IMG/VR virus record: IMGVR_UViG_3300020187_000013 | Strand: one strand, 5' to 3' | From: an uncultured virus (IMG/VR IMGVR_UViG_3300020187_000013) | Taxonomy: Duplodnaviria > Heunggongvirae > Uroviricota > Caudoviricetes | DNA length: 64,000 nucleotides | Shown: piece after piece, positions 1-10,251 of the stretch | How the letters are laid out: each line of letters begins with the position of its first letter | Numbering within the stretch: the first letter of the stretch is position 1 | Translations under genes and position numbers: made by a program | The notes under the pieces: model-generated | What the model saw: only the letters and a program-made list of their open reading frames with translations | Database searches by the model: none | What the model was told of the DNA's origin: nothing

Positions 1-3000
1 CAAAAAACCGATCTATTATACGCTACCAAGACCCATAATCACCCTATATCCGACATAACTAACCTGCAAACAGCTTTAGACTCTAAACAAGCGACAATAA
101 CCAATGCATCCAGTGTTCAGATAGGTTATCTCAGTGGGGTATCGGCTCCGATCCAAAGTCAGTTAGACGATCGTCTACTTATCACGGATGCCTCCAGTAC
201 CTACGTCACGATTAACGATTTAGATACTAGAATAAGTGATATTATAGACGGAGCCCCCGGGGCCCTTGATACTTTAGACGCATTGGCGGCTGCCCTGGGA
301 GACGATCATAATTACGCTGTTACTACTACAAATTTAATAGGTACTAAATTATCTAAAACCGAAGCAGATACTACCTATGCAACAAAATTAGAGATGAATG
401 CTAAGATCACAGACACTACTATCTCCAATACTACTGCCTATTCTTCGCTAAAAACTAACGAACTATATGCTACCAAAACGCATAATCACCCTATATCTGA
501 CATAACCAATCTACAAACCTCCTTAGATAATAAACAAGCAACTATAACTAATGCTACAAGTATTGAAATCGGTTATCTTAGTGGTGTGACTGGATCGATA
601 CAAACCCAATTGGATAACAAATTGTCTAACAATTTAGCAGCGACTACCTATTCAACCAAAACCGAACTAACTGGTCTTGTTGGTGACGCTGATGTCACTT
701 TAAATACCTTAGGTAAATTAGCCACTGCTGTTGGAAACAACGCTACTTTTAGTGTAACTATCAATAACTCACTATTGGAAAAATTATCAAAAGCAGAAGC
801 TCAAACTACCTATGCTACGATAACAGGATTAGAAGAAATTATTAATGACAATTCAGCATCTGATGTAACAGTGTTTTCATCAAATAAAACTAATACATTA
901 ATATCTAACTTTAGTTCTTATGTAACGGATACTTATTCTACACAAGCGTATGTTAATGGTCAGTTATCTTTAAAATTATCCTCAAATGATGCAGATAATA
1001 TTTATACAAGAATAGATGATATAAATTCATCTCCAGAAACAACATATTCTTCTAATAAAGTTGATTCATTATATGCTACCAAACTAGAATTATTTAATAA
1101 AATTTCGGATACAACAGTTTCAATAGGAACTGCTTATTCTTCTTATAAAACAGATCTTCGATATGCGTCTATTAACCATAATCATCAAATATCCGACATT
1201 ACAAATTTACAATCTACATTAGATAATAAACAGCCTACTATAACTAATGCTACTACCTTGGAGATAGGTCATCTTAGTGGAGTGTCCGGTCCGATCCAAA
1301 CCCAAATAAACGATCGTCTCTTAATTAGCGATGCCTCTACTACCTATGTTACTATTAGTGATTTAGATGCTAGAATAAGTGGTATAATTGGAGGAGCTCC
1401 TGGAGCACTTGATACATTAGCTGAGTTAGCACTTGCTTTGGAAGAAGATAATAATTACGCTTCCACAACAGCAAATTTGATCGGTACAAAATTATCCAAA
1501 ACGGAAGCTAATACAACTTATTCTACAAAATTAGAAATGAATTCTAAAATATCTGATACAATTATTTCTGAAAATACAGCTTATTCATCTCAAAAAACAG
1601 ATCTTCTATATGCACCGATTGTTCATAATCATCAAATTTCAGATATAATAAATTTACAAAATACATTAGATAGTAAGCAATTACTTATAACTAACGCAAG
1701 TTCTACTGAAATAGGTTATTTAAGTGGTGTATCAGGACCTTTACAAAACCAATTAAATAATTGTTTATTAAATACTGATGCGGAAACTACATATGCTACA
1801 ATTACAGGTATAAATTCTAAAATTAATGATAGTCTTACATCTCTAACAACATCGTATTCATCTAACAAAACAGAACAAATTTATGCTAAAAAAACGGATT
1901 TAAATTTCAATTTTCCAAGTATTGATGATGTTGTTCCTACTGAAACTAATGTTTACTCATCAAGTAAAATTATATCAACTTTTGCATCAAAAAATTATGT
2001 TAATAGTGAGTTAGATAAGAAACAAAATCAAATTACTGTAGCTACAATTAATGAAATAAGTTATCTAACAGGTGTTACATCTGATATACAGCCTCAGATA
2101 GATACCAAACAAGTAGTTGTTACCGGAGCTGCTACAACAATTACTGGAGCAGACCTTATATCGGGTATGGCTATGATAACAGATATCAATGGAAAAGTTG
2201 CCGTCTCCACTAAAGTTACAGCAGATGAATTAGAATATTTAGAAGGAGTTACTAGTTTGGTCCAAGGTCAAATCGATACCAAACAGGTAGTTATCACCGG
2301 AGCTGCTACAACCATTACAGGAGTAGATCTGGTATCGGGTATGGCTATGATAACAGATATCAATGGAAAAGTTGCCGTCTCCAGTAAAGTTACAGCAGAT
2401 GAATTAGAATATCTAGAAGGAGTTACTAGTTTAATCCAAGGTCAAATCGATACCAAACAGGTAGTTATCACCGGAGCTGCTACAACAATTACAGGAGCAG
2501 ACTTAATATCGGGTATGGCTTTGATAACAGATATCAATGGAAAAGTTGCCGTCTCCAATAAAGTTACCGCAGATGAATTAGAATATCTAGAAGGAGTTAC
2601 TAGTTTGGTCCAAGGTCAAATCGATACCAAACAGGTAGTTGTTACCGGAGCTGCGACTACAATTACTGGAGCAGACTTATTATCGGGTATGGCTATGATA
2701 ACAGATACCAATGGAAAAGTTGCCGTCTCCAATAAAGTTACCGCAGATGAATTAGAATATCTAGAAGGAGTTACTAGTTTGGTCCAAAGTCAAATTGATA
2801 CAAAATTATCTATATCTGATGCTGAATTAATTTACGAAACAATAACAGGAGTTGATACAAAAATAAGTGGAATAATCGGAAATGCTCCAGAAGCATTAAA
2901 TACACTTATAGAAATTGCTAATGCGCTTGATGATAATCATAATTATGCAGCTACTATTACTAATGAACTCGGTAATAAACAAGATAAAGTAGCTAATGTA

Positions 3001-3996
3001 GACAATACTAAGATCGGGTATCTTAGTGGTGTTACTAATGACATTCAGACTCAAATTAGCAATAAACAAGATAAAGTAGCTAATGTAGACAATACTAAGA
3101 TCGGGTATCTTAGTGGTGTTACTAATGACATTCAAACACAAATTAGCAATAGGTTACTATCTAGCATCGCATCTACTACCTATCAAACTATAGTAGCTAA
3201 TGTAGACAATACTAAGATCGGGTATCTTAGTGGTGTTACTAATGATATTCAGACTCAAATCAGTAATAAACAAGATAAAGTAGATAATGTAGATAATACC
3301 AAGATAGGGTATCTTAGTGGTGTTACTAATGATATTCAGACTCAAATCAGTAATAAACAAGATAAAGTAGATAATGTAGATAATACCAAGATAGGGTATC
3401 TTAGTGGTGTTACTAATGACATTCAGACTCAAATTAGTAATAAACAAGATAAAGTAGATAATGTAGACAATACCAAAATCGGGTATCTTAGTGGTGTTAC
3501 TAATGACATTCAGACTCAAATCAGTAATAAACAAGATAAAGTAGCTAATGTAGACAATACCAAGATCGGGTATCTTAGTGGTGTTACTAATGACATTCAG
3601 ACTCAAATCAGTAATAAACAAGATAAAGTAGCTAATGTAGACAATACCAAGATCGGGTATCTTAGTGGTGTTACTGAAGACATTCAGACTCAAATTAGTA
3701 ATAAACAAGATAAAGTAGATAATGTAGACAATACTAAGATCGGGTATCTTAGTGGTGTTACTGATGACATTCAGACACAAATTGGCAATAGGTTACTATC
3801 TAGCATCGCATCCACCACCTATCAAACTATAGTAGCTAATGTAGACAATACTAAAATAGGGTATCTTAGTGGTGTTACTGAAGACATTCAGACTCAAATT
3901 AGTAATAAACAAGATAAAGTAGATAATGTAGACAATACTAAGATCGGGTTACTAATGACATTCAGACTCAAATTAGCAATAAACAAGATAAAGTAG
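1..3996 (+). CDS. Phage-tail-fibre-like repetitive protein, N-terminal part (5'-partial; frameshifted at ~3948)
   Basis: Frame 1 is open from base 1 (QKTDLLYATKTHNHPISDITNLQTALD...), so the TTG start at 283 in the track is not the real start. It contains tail-fibre motifs HxHxISDITNLQxxLD, GAPGALDTLxxLAxAL and TGAATTIT...GKVAVS...ELEYLEGVTS. The stop at 3994-3996 is reached only after a 13-nt deletion in the 87-bp array. Confidence 0.85.
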   Translation, partial: QKTDLLYATKTHNHPISDITNLQTALDSKQATITNASSVQIGYLSGVSAPIQSQLDDRLLITDASSTYVTINDLDTRISDIIDGAPGALDTLDALAAALGDDHNYAVTTTNLIGTKLSKTEADTTYATKLEMNAKITDTTISNTTAYSSLKTNELYATKTHNHPISDITNLQTSLDNKQATITNATSIEIGYLSGVTGSIQTQLDNKLSNNLAATTYSTKTELTGLVGDADVTLNTLGKLATAVGNNATFSVTINNSLLEKLSKAEAQTTYATITGLEEIINDNSASDVTVFSSNKTNTLISNFSSYVTDTYSTQAYVNGQLSLKLSSNDADNIYTRIDDINSSPETTYSSNKVDSLYATKLELFNKISDTTVSIGTAYSSYKTDLRYASINHNHQISDITNLQSTLDNKQPTITNATTLEIGHLSGVSGPIQTQINDRLLISDASTTYVTISDLDARISGIIGGAPGALDTLAELALALEEDNNYASTTANLIGTKLSKTEANTTYSTKLEMNSKISDTIISENTAYSSQKTDLLYAPIVHNHQISDIINLQNTLDSKQLLITNASSTEIGYLSGVSGPLQNQLNNCLLNTDAETTYATITGINSKINDSLTSLTTSYSSNKTEQIYAKKTDLNFNFPSIDDVVPTETNVYSSSKIISTFASKNYVNSELDKKQNQITVATINEISYLTGVTSDIQPQIDTKQVVVTGAATTITGADLISGMAMITDINGKVAVSTKVTADELEYLEGVTSLVQGQIDTKQVVITGAATTITGVDLVSGMAMITDINGKVAVSSKVTADELEYLEGVTSLIQGQIDTKQVVITGAATTITGADLISGMALITDINGKVAVSNKVTADELEYLEGVTSLVQGQIDTKQVVVTGAATTITGADLLSGMAMITDTNGKVAVSNKVTADELEYLEGVTSLVQSQIDTKLSISDAELIYETITGVDTKISGIIGNAPEALNTLIEIANALDDNHNYAATITNELGNKQDKVANVDNTKIGYLSGVTNDIQTQISNKQDKVANVDNTKIGYLSGVTNDIQTQISNRLLSSIASTTYQTIVANVDNTKIGYLSGVTNDIQTQISNKQDKVDNVDNTKIGYLSGVTNDIQTQISNKQDKVDNVDNTKIGYLSGVTNDIQTQISNKQDKVDNVDNTKIGYLSGVTNDIQTQISNKQDKVANVDNTKIGYLSGVTNDIQTQISNKQDKVANVDNTKIGYLSGVTEDIQTQISNKQDKVDNVDNTKIGYLSGVTDDIQTQIGNRLLSSIASTTYQTIVANVDNTKIGYLSGVTEDIQTQISNKQDKVDNVDNTKIGLLMTFRLKLAINKIK
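2095..2800 (+). repeat. Four tandem 174-bp (58-aa) coding repeats QIDTKQVV.TGAATTITGADL.SGMAMITDINGKVAVS.KVTADELEYLEGVTSLVQG
   Basis: The DT codon pair (gatacc/gataca) recurs at 2101, 2275, 2449, 2623 and 2797. Confidence 0.95.
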
Positions 3997-5660
3997 CTAA
4001 TGTAGACAATACTAAAATCGGGTATCTTAGTGGTGTTACTGATGACATTCAGACTCAAATTAGTAATAAACAAGATAAAGTAGCTAATGTAGACAATACT
4101 AAAATAGGGTATCTTAGTGGTGTTACTGAAGACATTCAGACTCAAATTAGTAATAAACAAGATAAAGTAGCTAATGTAGATGATACTAAGATCGGGTATC
4201 TTAGTGGTGTTACTGAAGACATTCAGACTCAAATTAGTAATAAACAAGATAAAGTAGATAATGTAGACAATACTAAAATCGGGTATCTTAGTGGTGTTAC
4301 TAATGACATTCAGACTCAAATTAGCAATAAACAAGATAAAGTAGATAATGTAGACAATACTAAAATCGGGTATCTTAGTGGTGTTACTGATGACATTCAG
4401 ACACAAATTGGTAATAAACAAGATAAAGTAGATAATGTAGATGATACCAAGATCGGGTATCTTAGTGGTGTTACTAATGACATTCAGACACAAATTGGTA
4501 ATAAACAAGATAAAGTAGCTAATGTAGATGATACCAAGATCGGGTATCTTAGTGGTGTTACTAATGACATTCAGACACAAATTGGTAATAAACAAGATAA
4601 AGTAGATAATGTAGACAATACCAAGATCGGGTATCTTAGTGGTGTTACGGATGACATTCAGACTCAAATTGGCAATAGGTTACTATCGAGCATCGCATCC
4701 ACCACCTATCAACCTATAGTAGCTAATGTAGACAATACTAAGATCGGGTATCTTAGTGGTGTTACTGAAGACATTCAGACTCAAATTAGTAATAAACAAG
4801 ATAAAGTAGATAATGTAGATGATACCAAGATCGGATATCTTAGTGGTGTTACTAATGACATTCAGACACAAATTGGTAATAAACAAGATAAAGTAGATAA
4901 TGTAGACAATACCAAGATCGGTTATCTTAGTGGTGTTACTGATGATATTCAGACTCAAATTGGTAATAAACAAAATAAAGTAGATAATGTAGACAATACC
5001 AAGATCGGATATCTTAGTGGTGTTACTGATGACATTCAGACACAAATTGGTAATAGGTTACTATCTAGCATTGCATCCACCACCTATCAACCTATAGTAG
5101 CTAATGTAGACAATACCAAGATCGGATATCTTAGTGGTGTTACAGATGATATTCAGACTCAAATTGGTAATAAACAAGATAAAGTAGATAATGTAGATGA
5201 TACCAAGATCGGGTATCTTAGTGGTGTTACTAATGACATTCAGACACAAATTGGTAATAAACAAGATAAAGTAGATAATGTAGATGATACCAAGATCGGA
5301 TATCTTAGTGGTGTTACAGATGACATTCAGACACAAATTGGTAATAAACAAAATAAAGTAGATAATGTAGATGATATCAAGATCGGATATCTTAGTGGTG
5401 TTACTGATGACATTCAGACACAAATTGGTAATAGGTTACTATCGAGCATCGCATCTACTACATATCAAACTATAGTAGCTAATGTAGACAATACTAAGAT
5501 CGGGTATCTTAGTGGTGTTACTAATGACATTCAGACACAAATTAGTAATAGGTTACTATCTAGCATCGCATCTACTACCTATCAAACTATAGTAGCTAAT
5601 GTAGATGATACTAAGATTGGATACTTAAGTGATGTTACCGATAATATACAAACCCAACTC
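2974..5660 (+). repeat. ~29-unit coding tandem array of 87-bp units (NKQDKVxNVDxTKIGYLSGVTxDIQTQIx) mixed with 117-bp variants (RLLSSIASTTYQxIV)
   Basis: Directly visible near-identical units. Long variants at ~3151, 3790, 4677, 5055, 5433 and 5550; local higher-order period of 378 bp (3x87+117). Confidence 0.95.
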
Positions 5661-5777
5661 GATAATATTACAGGAGCTTTTGATGGATTATATTTAGAAA
5701 ATGACACATGGTATGTAAATAATACTAATAACAACACTAGTAGAATAGGTATCAATACTGAAATTCCAAAAACAAAC

Positions 5778-7319
5778 GTGAAAGTTGTTGCTCCTAGCGG
5801 AGGAGATTACACATCAATAAAATCAGCAATAGATAGCATTAGTGAAGGTGATAAATATTTAATTAAAGTAAAAAATGGTACATATACAGAATCTTCTACA
5901 ATAACAATTAATAGCACTTCAGGATCTGCAACAACAAGTACTATAATTATTGTTGGTGAAACTGAGGGTAAAGTATTTATTCAGACAGCAAATACTTATG
6001 CAGATGGCAAAGACATTGATTTAATAGATATAAATACAAATACAGAAGATAAACTATTTTTTGGTATGAGAAATATAACTATACAAAATTGTAGATATGG
6101 TCTTTTAGCAAATAATATAGACACAGACGGAGACGGATTCGCAAACGGAAGTACTAATGGGCGTGGAAAAATATTCATATATAATTGTCACTTTAAGAAT
6201 TGTGGATATGATGGGAGTTTAGCAACCTCAAAAACATTCACAGAACAAGCAGCACAAATAGTTTTAGGTACTAATTGGAGTCAAGGAGGAGCAATTAGAA
6301 TTCATGATTTTAAAGGAATAATGATTAATTCAGCTATTCCATCATTTGAAAATACAGGGGTAGAAATTGCATATTGTGAAGTTAGATACAATTGTAGAGG
6401 TATACGAATAGCAGACAGTAATTATGTAAAAGTTCATAATAATAACTCTCATCATAATTTAGATAGTGGTATATTTTTGACAATGGAAAGTATATCAGGA
6501 GGTGGAACAGTTTTTGCTAAGATTTATAATAATAAATCTAAATTTAATAATAATAATGGAATATTATTAATAGCATCAATGCACCTAGAAATATATGAGA
6601 ATGATATTAGTAATAATTGGAATAGTGGAATACAATCTTATTATTCTTTTAATGTGTCTATTAAAGATAATAATATTTCATATAATAACTCACGCAGTTA
6701 TAATGGTGTAGGTTCAGAAGCAGATGCTTTTGGGGGAATACATTTAATAGGAATAGATATTTATACTAATATAGAAGCTCATACAAGTATTACAACGAAT
6801 TCAGTATCTATCATAGGTAATACTATAATAGGTAACCAACGAGGTAGATTAGACAGAAGTATTGGTATAAATATAAAAAGTAATATGGATAAATTGATGG
6901 AATTTTACAATTTAAGTGGTGTTTTAGTAAAAAAACCTATATATATCTATAATAATATAGTCCATGACCAAGAATTAGGTATAAATATAGAGAGTACCAG
7001 CGTTCCTAAAGATGGAAGTACTCATTTATATGATATCAATAGTAATAGTTTATTATCCCAACAATCATTTTATATTGCGGATACAAACCTCAATAGTGGT
7101 CAAGAATTATCAACAAATATAAGAAATTCATCTAGCAATAATAGACTAACTACAATGGGTAATGTTCCAATAAATACGAATGGAACTACGAATGCTGAAA
7201 AATTATGGTTTATAAATACTAATACAAAACAATTTTTATGGGTTGAATCACCAATTGATGGTAAATTATCATTATTTTATGGAAATATAACACCTATATT
7301 TACACATGATTCATTATAA
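5778..7319 (+). CDS. Right-handed beta-helix (pectin-lyase-like/NosD-type) domain; C-terminal part of the upstream fibre gene
   Basis: Starts with VVAPSGGDYTSIKSAIDSI..YLIKVKNGTYTE (pectinesterase-like cap), followed by Asn/Ile-rich coils (IxNNxSxxNxxxGI). The same frame reads through the repeat array upstream to ~3948, so the GTG at 5778 is probably not a real start. Confidence 0.8.
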   Translation: MKVVAPSGGDYTSIKSAIDSISEGDKYLIKVKNGTYTESSTITINSTSGSATTSTIIIVGETEGKVFIQTANTYADGKDIDLIDINTNTEDKLFFGMRNITIQNCRYGLLANNIDTDGDGFANGSTNGRGKIFIYNCHFKNCGYDGSLATSKTFTEQAAQIVLGTNWSQGGAIRIHDFKGIMINSAIPSFENTGVEIAYCEVRYNCRGIRIADSNYVKVHNNNSHHNLDSGIFLTMESISGGGTVFAKIYNNKSKFNNNNGILLIASMHLEIYENDISNNWNSGIQSYYSFNVSIKDNNISYNNSRSYNGVGSEADAFGGIHLIGIDIYTNIEAHTSITTNSVSIIGNTIIGNQRGRLDRSIGINIKSNMDKLMEFYNLSGVLVKKPIYIYNNIVHDQELGINIESTSVPKDGSTHLYDINSNSLLSQQSFYIADTNLNSGQELSTNIRNSSSNNRLTTMGNVPINTNGTTNAEKLWFINTNTKQFLWVESPIDGKLSLFYGNITPIFTHDSL

Positions 7320-7334
7320 AATTAAAAATAAATA

Positions 7335-7383
7335 ATTATTTAATAATGATATTTAGGAAATTTCGATGACATTATTAAATAAT
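7335..7383. terminator. 14-bp perfect hairpin between convergent genes (mimivirid-type 3' hairpin)
   Basis: attatttaataatg (7335-7348) / cattattaaataat (7370-7383). Confidence 0.65.
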
Positions 7384-7489
7384 AGATAATAAATTAAATC
7401 TGAATTAAGTCAATTTTGAATTGATAATATAAAATTTGTATTTAAAATAAAATATTGATATTATCTTTTTAAATTTCTAGAAAAATATA

Positions 7490-8191
7490 TTATAGATTAA
7501 AAGAACTATATTGACAATTTCTTGATATATCTTTATTGTTATTATTAACACCAGGTGTCATATGTTTAAAAAAATTATATTTCTCTACAATATTTTTTTC
7601 ACATTCCGACAATAAATTGTAAATGATAGTTCCATTATTATTTATAAATTTAATATGAGTTCCATCATTAAATTTATCGGCATAGTAGCTACATACTTGA
7701 GAACCTATACATGTACACCATGGAGTTAAATCATTATTATCAGGTAATCTATCAAATTGCTGTTTAAACATATCTTCAGAAACTTTACCGATAGGATTAC
7801 CGGAATCATCAGAATATTTTCTAGCTTTATAACCCAGTAAACAACATGTTTGGTGAGTTGCATCGTTAAAGCAATGATTAACTTGTTGTTCATTAGGTAG
7901 TCCACATAACATATTATATTTATTATATATATAATTATTAGATAATCTCATAGGCATTTTATCAATTAATTGAAAAATTCTATTTATTTCTGTAATAGTA
8001 AATTTATTTGTATAATATTTTATATTTCCATCAAATCCAATTAGAGTAATTTGGTTAATAGATGATTTTTTATAATTTATACGAATATTTCTGTTAATAA
8101 ATTTTTGATGGAGTGAAAATTCAATATTATAAAATTTTTGAAGAATATTTAAATTAGTAAATTCTACAATTAAAATTCTATAATCTTTCAT
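7490..8191 (-). CDS. 233-aa protein: DUF4174-like N-terminus plus a Cys-rich, DUF2237-like C-terminus
   Basis: ITLIGFDGNIKY...IFQLIDKMPMR resembles the DUF4174 consensus (LIGKDGxxK...IDxMPMR). HQTCC...YS...GNPI...LTPWCTC resembles the DUF2237 pattern (HxVC...GNxL...WCxC). Recognised by eye. Confidence 0.6.
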   Translation of the reverse strand: MKDYRILIVEFTNLNILQKFYNIEFSLHQKFINRNIRINYKKSSINQITLIGFDGNIKYYTNKFTITEINRIFQLIDKMPMRLSNNYIYNKYNMLCGLPNEQQVNHCFNDATHQTCCLLGYKARKYSDDSGNPIGKVSEDMFKQQFDRLPDNNDLTPWCTCIGSQVCSYYADKFNDGTHIKFINNNGTIIYNLLSECEKNIVEKYNFFKHMTPGVNNNNKDISRNCQYSSFNL

Positions 8192-8261
8192 TTATTATTA
8201 AAATAATATTATATATATATTTTTTTATTTAAAACAATATATATAATATATATAATATATA

Positions 8262-10178
8262 ATGAAAATAAGACGTTCTGAGATAACTAGTACAGGTAAT
8301 CTAAAACTTTATTATGAAGATAATACATTTATAGATATTGGGAAAGTAACGGGAGATCCTGGTATAGACGGACAAATAGGGGAACCAGGTGAGCAAGGTG
8401 GTCAAGGTTTTAGAGGAGAAAAAGGAGCAAAAGGTGAAATAGGGAGACCGGGATTAGATGGTAACAGTAACAGCAAAACAACATTAAATAGTATGGACGA
8501 TACACCTGATGATTATGGTAAAGGAAAATTTTTAGTAGGAAATAGTAGTGGAACAAAATTCGAATATCAAGGAATATTAATTGGTTCGGGAAATGATGAT
8601 GTAATTTCTAATAGTTTAATATTAGGCGATGGAGCAGGAAATCAAATATTTCAACAAACTAGTGGGAGTGATAATACATTATTAGGATATCAAGCAGGAT
8701 TAAAATTATCAAGTAATAAAAATACATTTATAGGTAGTAAATCAGGTAAAGGATTTCAAGGTACATCATTTGTAGAAAATATTTGTATTGGATATAATTC
8801 ATGTGCGAACGCACTTAATGCTTCTGAAAGTATAATAATAGGTACAAATACAGATCTTGGTAAAGCAGCTGTATCAAATGGTTCAATTATAATAGGAAAT
8901 AAATCTAATATAAATGAGAACTATGTTCATAGTAATACAGGAAAATGTGTAATTTTAGGTTATAATTCATCAATAGATTCAGCAAACAGTATAATTATAG
9001 GAGATAATTCTATATCTAAAGGGAATTTAGCAAATGATAAAAATCACTTACTTTTAGGTTTTAGTAATATAATATCATCAAATGAAGATAGTAATGATAA
9101 TTATGGTAATACAACAACAAATGGAATTTGTATAGGAAATCAATGTAAAATAATTTCAGAGAAAAATTCTACAGATAATTCTATAAATATTGGTTATAAA
9201 TCGAATGTAATTGATTGTAAAAATAGTATAGCTATAGTATTAAATACGTATGATGAGTCGTCAGATGATAAATTACCAGGAGTTTTTTCAGATAATAGTA
9301 TAGCAATAGGGAATTCAGCAAGATCAAGTGGTATAAGTTCAATATCAGCTGGTACTTTTTCTAATTCAAGTGGGAATTTTTCAATAGCAATAGGAGGATC
9401 TTTAAATGATGTATTAGGTGCTCAAGCGAAAAAAAAACACTCAATAGCAATAGGCACAGGTAGTAATTCAGAGCATGAAAACAGTATATGTTTAGGAAAA
9501 AATGCAGAAACTGATACAAATAATCAATTTGCATTAGCAGATGATGTTAGAAATATAAAAATAGGAGGTATAAACTATATATGGCCAACATTTAATAATG
9601 CTAGACAAGTAAACTCAATTTTAACAATAGATAATAATTCTAATTTAACATGGAAATGTTTAAATGACAATGATGATTTTAAAAATTCTATATTATCATC
9701 ATATGAACATTTTAATTATATTTTATCAAAAAATAATATTCTATTAAATAATAAAATCTATCTTAATAAATTTTTCATGACATCAAAATCTAAATTTAGT
9801 AAAGTTCATTTATTAATTAATAATGATAATGAAAAAATATTTAATATAAAAGTAGGAATATATTCAAAAAATGAAGATAATTTACCAAATTATATAGTAT
9901 CAGAAGGTAGTAAATATATAGATTCTAATGTGAATAATTTGATAGAGATAGATTTAGATAGTGAATTAGAAGTAGAAATGAATAAAGAATATTTTATTGT
10001 ATTTTTATATTATTCACAAAATAGTAATGATTTAATTGGATTAATGTCATATGAGAATATTAATGATATAGATAATGTATTTATAAATAATAGTAATGAA
10101 TTTTCATGTTTACCAAATACATTTAGTTATGATATTGTTAAATATAATTATACTTTTTGGTTTAGATTAATAGTATAA
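8262..10178 (+). CDS. Fibre/adhesin-like protein: short collagen segment, YadA-head-like (xSIAIG) repeats, C-terminal globular domain
   Basis: About 12 Gly-X-Y triplets near the N-terminus, then repeated NTxxG/SIxIG motifs (DNSIAIGNSARSSGISSISAG...HSIAIGTGS). Confidence 0.8.
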   Translation: MKIRRSEITSTGNLKLYYEDNTFIDIGKVTGDPGIDGQIGEPGEQGGQGFRGEKGAKGEIGRPGLDGNSNSKTTLNSMDDTPDDYGKGKFLVGNSSGTKFEYQGILIGSGNDDVISNSLILGDGAGNQIFQQTSGSDNTLLGYQAGLKLSSNKNTFIGSKSGKGFQGTSFVENICIGYNSCANALNASESIIIGTNTDLGKAAVSNGSIIIGNKSNINENYVHSNTGKCVILGYNSSIDSANSIIIGDNSISKGNLANDKNHLLLGFSNIISSNEDSNDNYGNTTTNGICIGNQCKIISEKNSTDNSINIGYKSNVIDCKNSIAIVLNTYDESSDDKLPGVFSDNSIAIGNSARSSGISSISAGTFSNSSGNFSIAIGGSLNDVLGAQAKKKHSIAIGTGSNSEHENSICLGKNAETDTNNQFALADDVRNIKIGGINYIWPTFNNARQVNSILTIDNNSNLTWKCLNDNDDFKNSILSSYEHFNYILSKNNILLNNKIYLNKFFMTSKSKFSKVHLLINNDNEKIFNIKVGIYSKNEDNLPNYIVSEGSKYIDSNVNNLIEIDLDSELEVEMNKEYFIVFLYYSQNSNDLIGLMSYENINDIDNVFINNSNEFSCLPNTFSYDIVKYNYTFWFRLIV

Positions 10179-10251
10179 ATTTATATATATTAAATTTATT
10201 TATATATTTTTAAATTTATAAAGATATGTTTAAATGTAATACTATAATATA

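Noticed and set aside
2896..5423. Minus-strand repetitive hydrophobic ORFs (LNVISNTTKIPDL...)
   Set aside because: Antisense shadows of the 87-bp coding array.
2974..5660. 87-bp and 90-bp arrays as CRISPR or MIMIVIRE-like arrays
   Set aside because: Units are in-frame coding repeats with no unique spacers, and no cas or nuclease/helicase genes are nearby.
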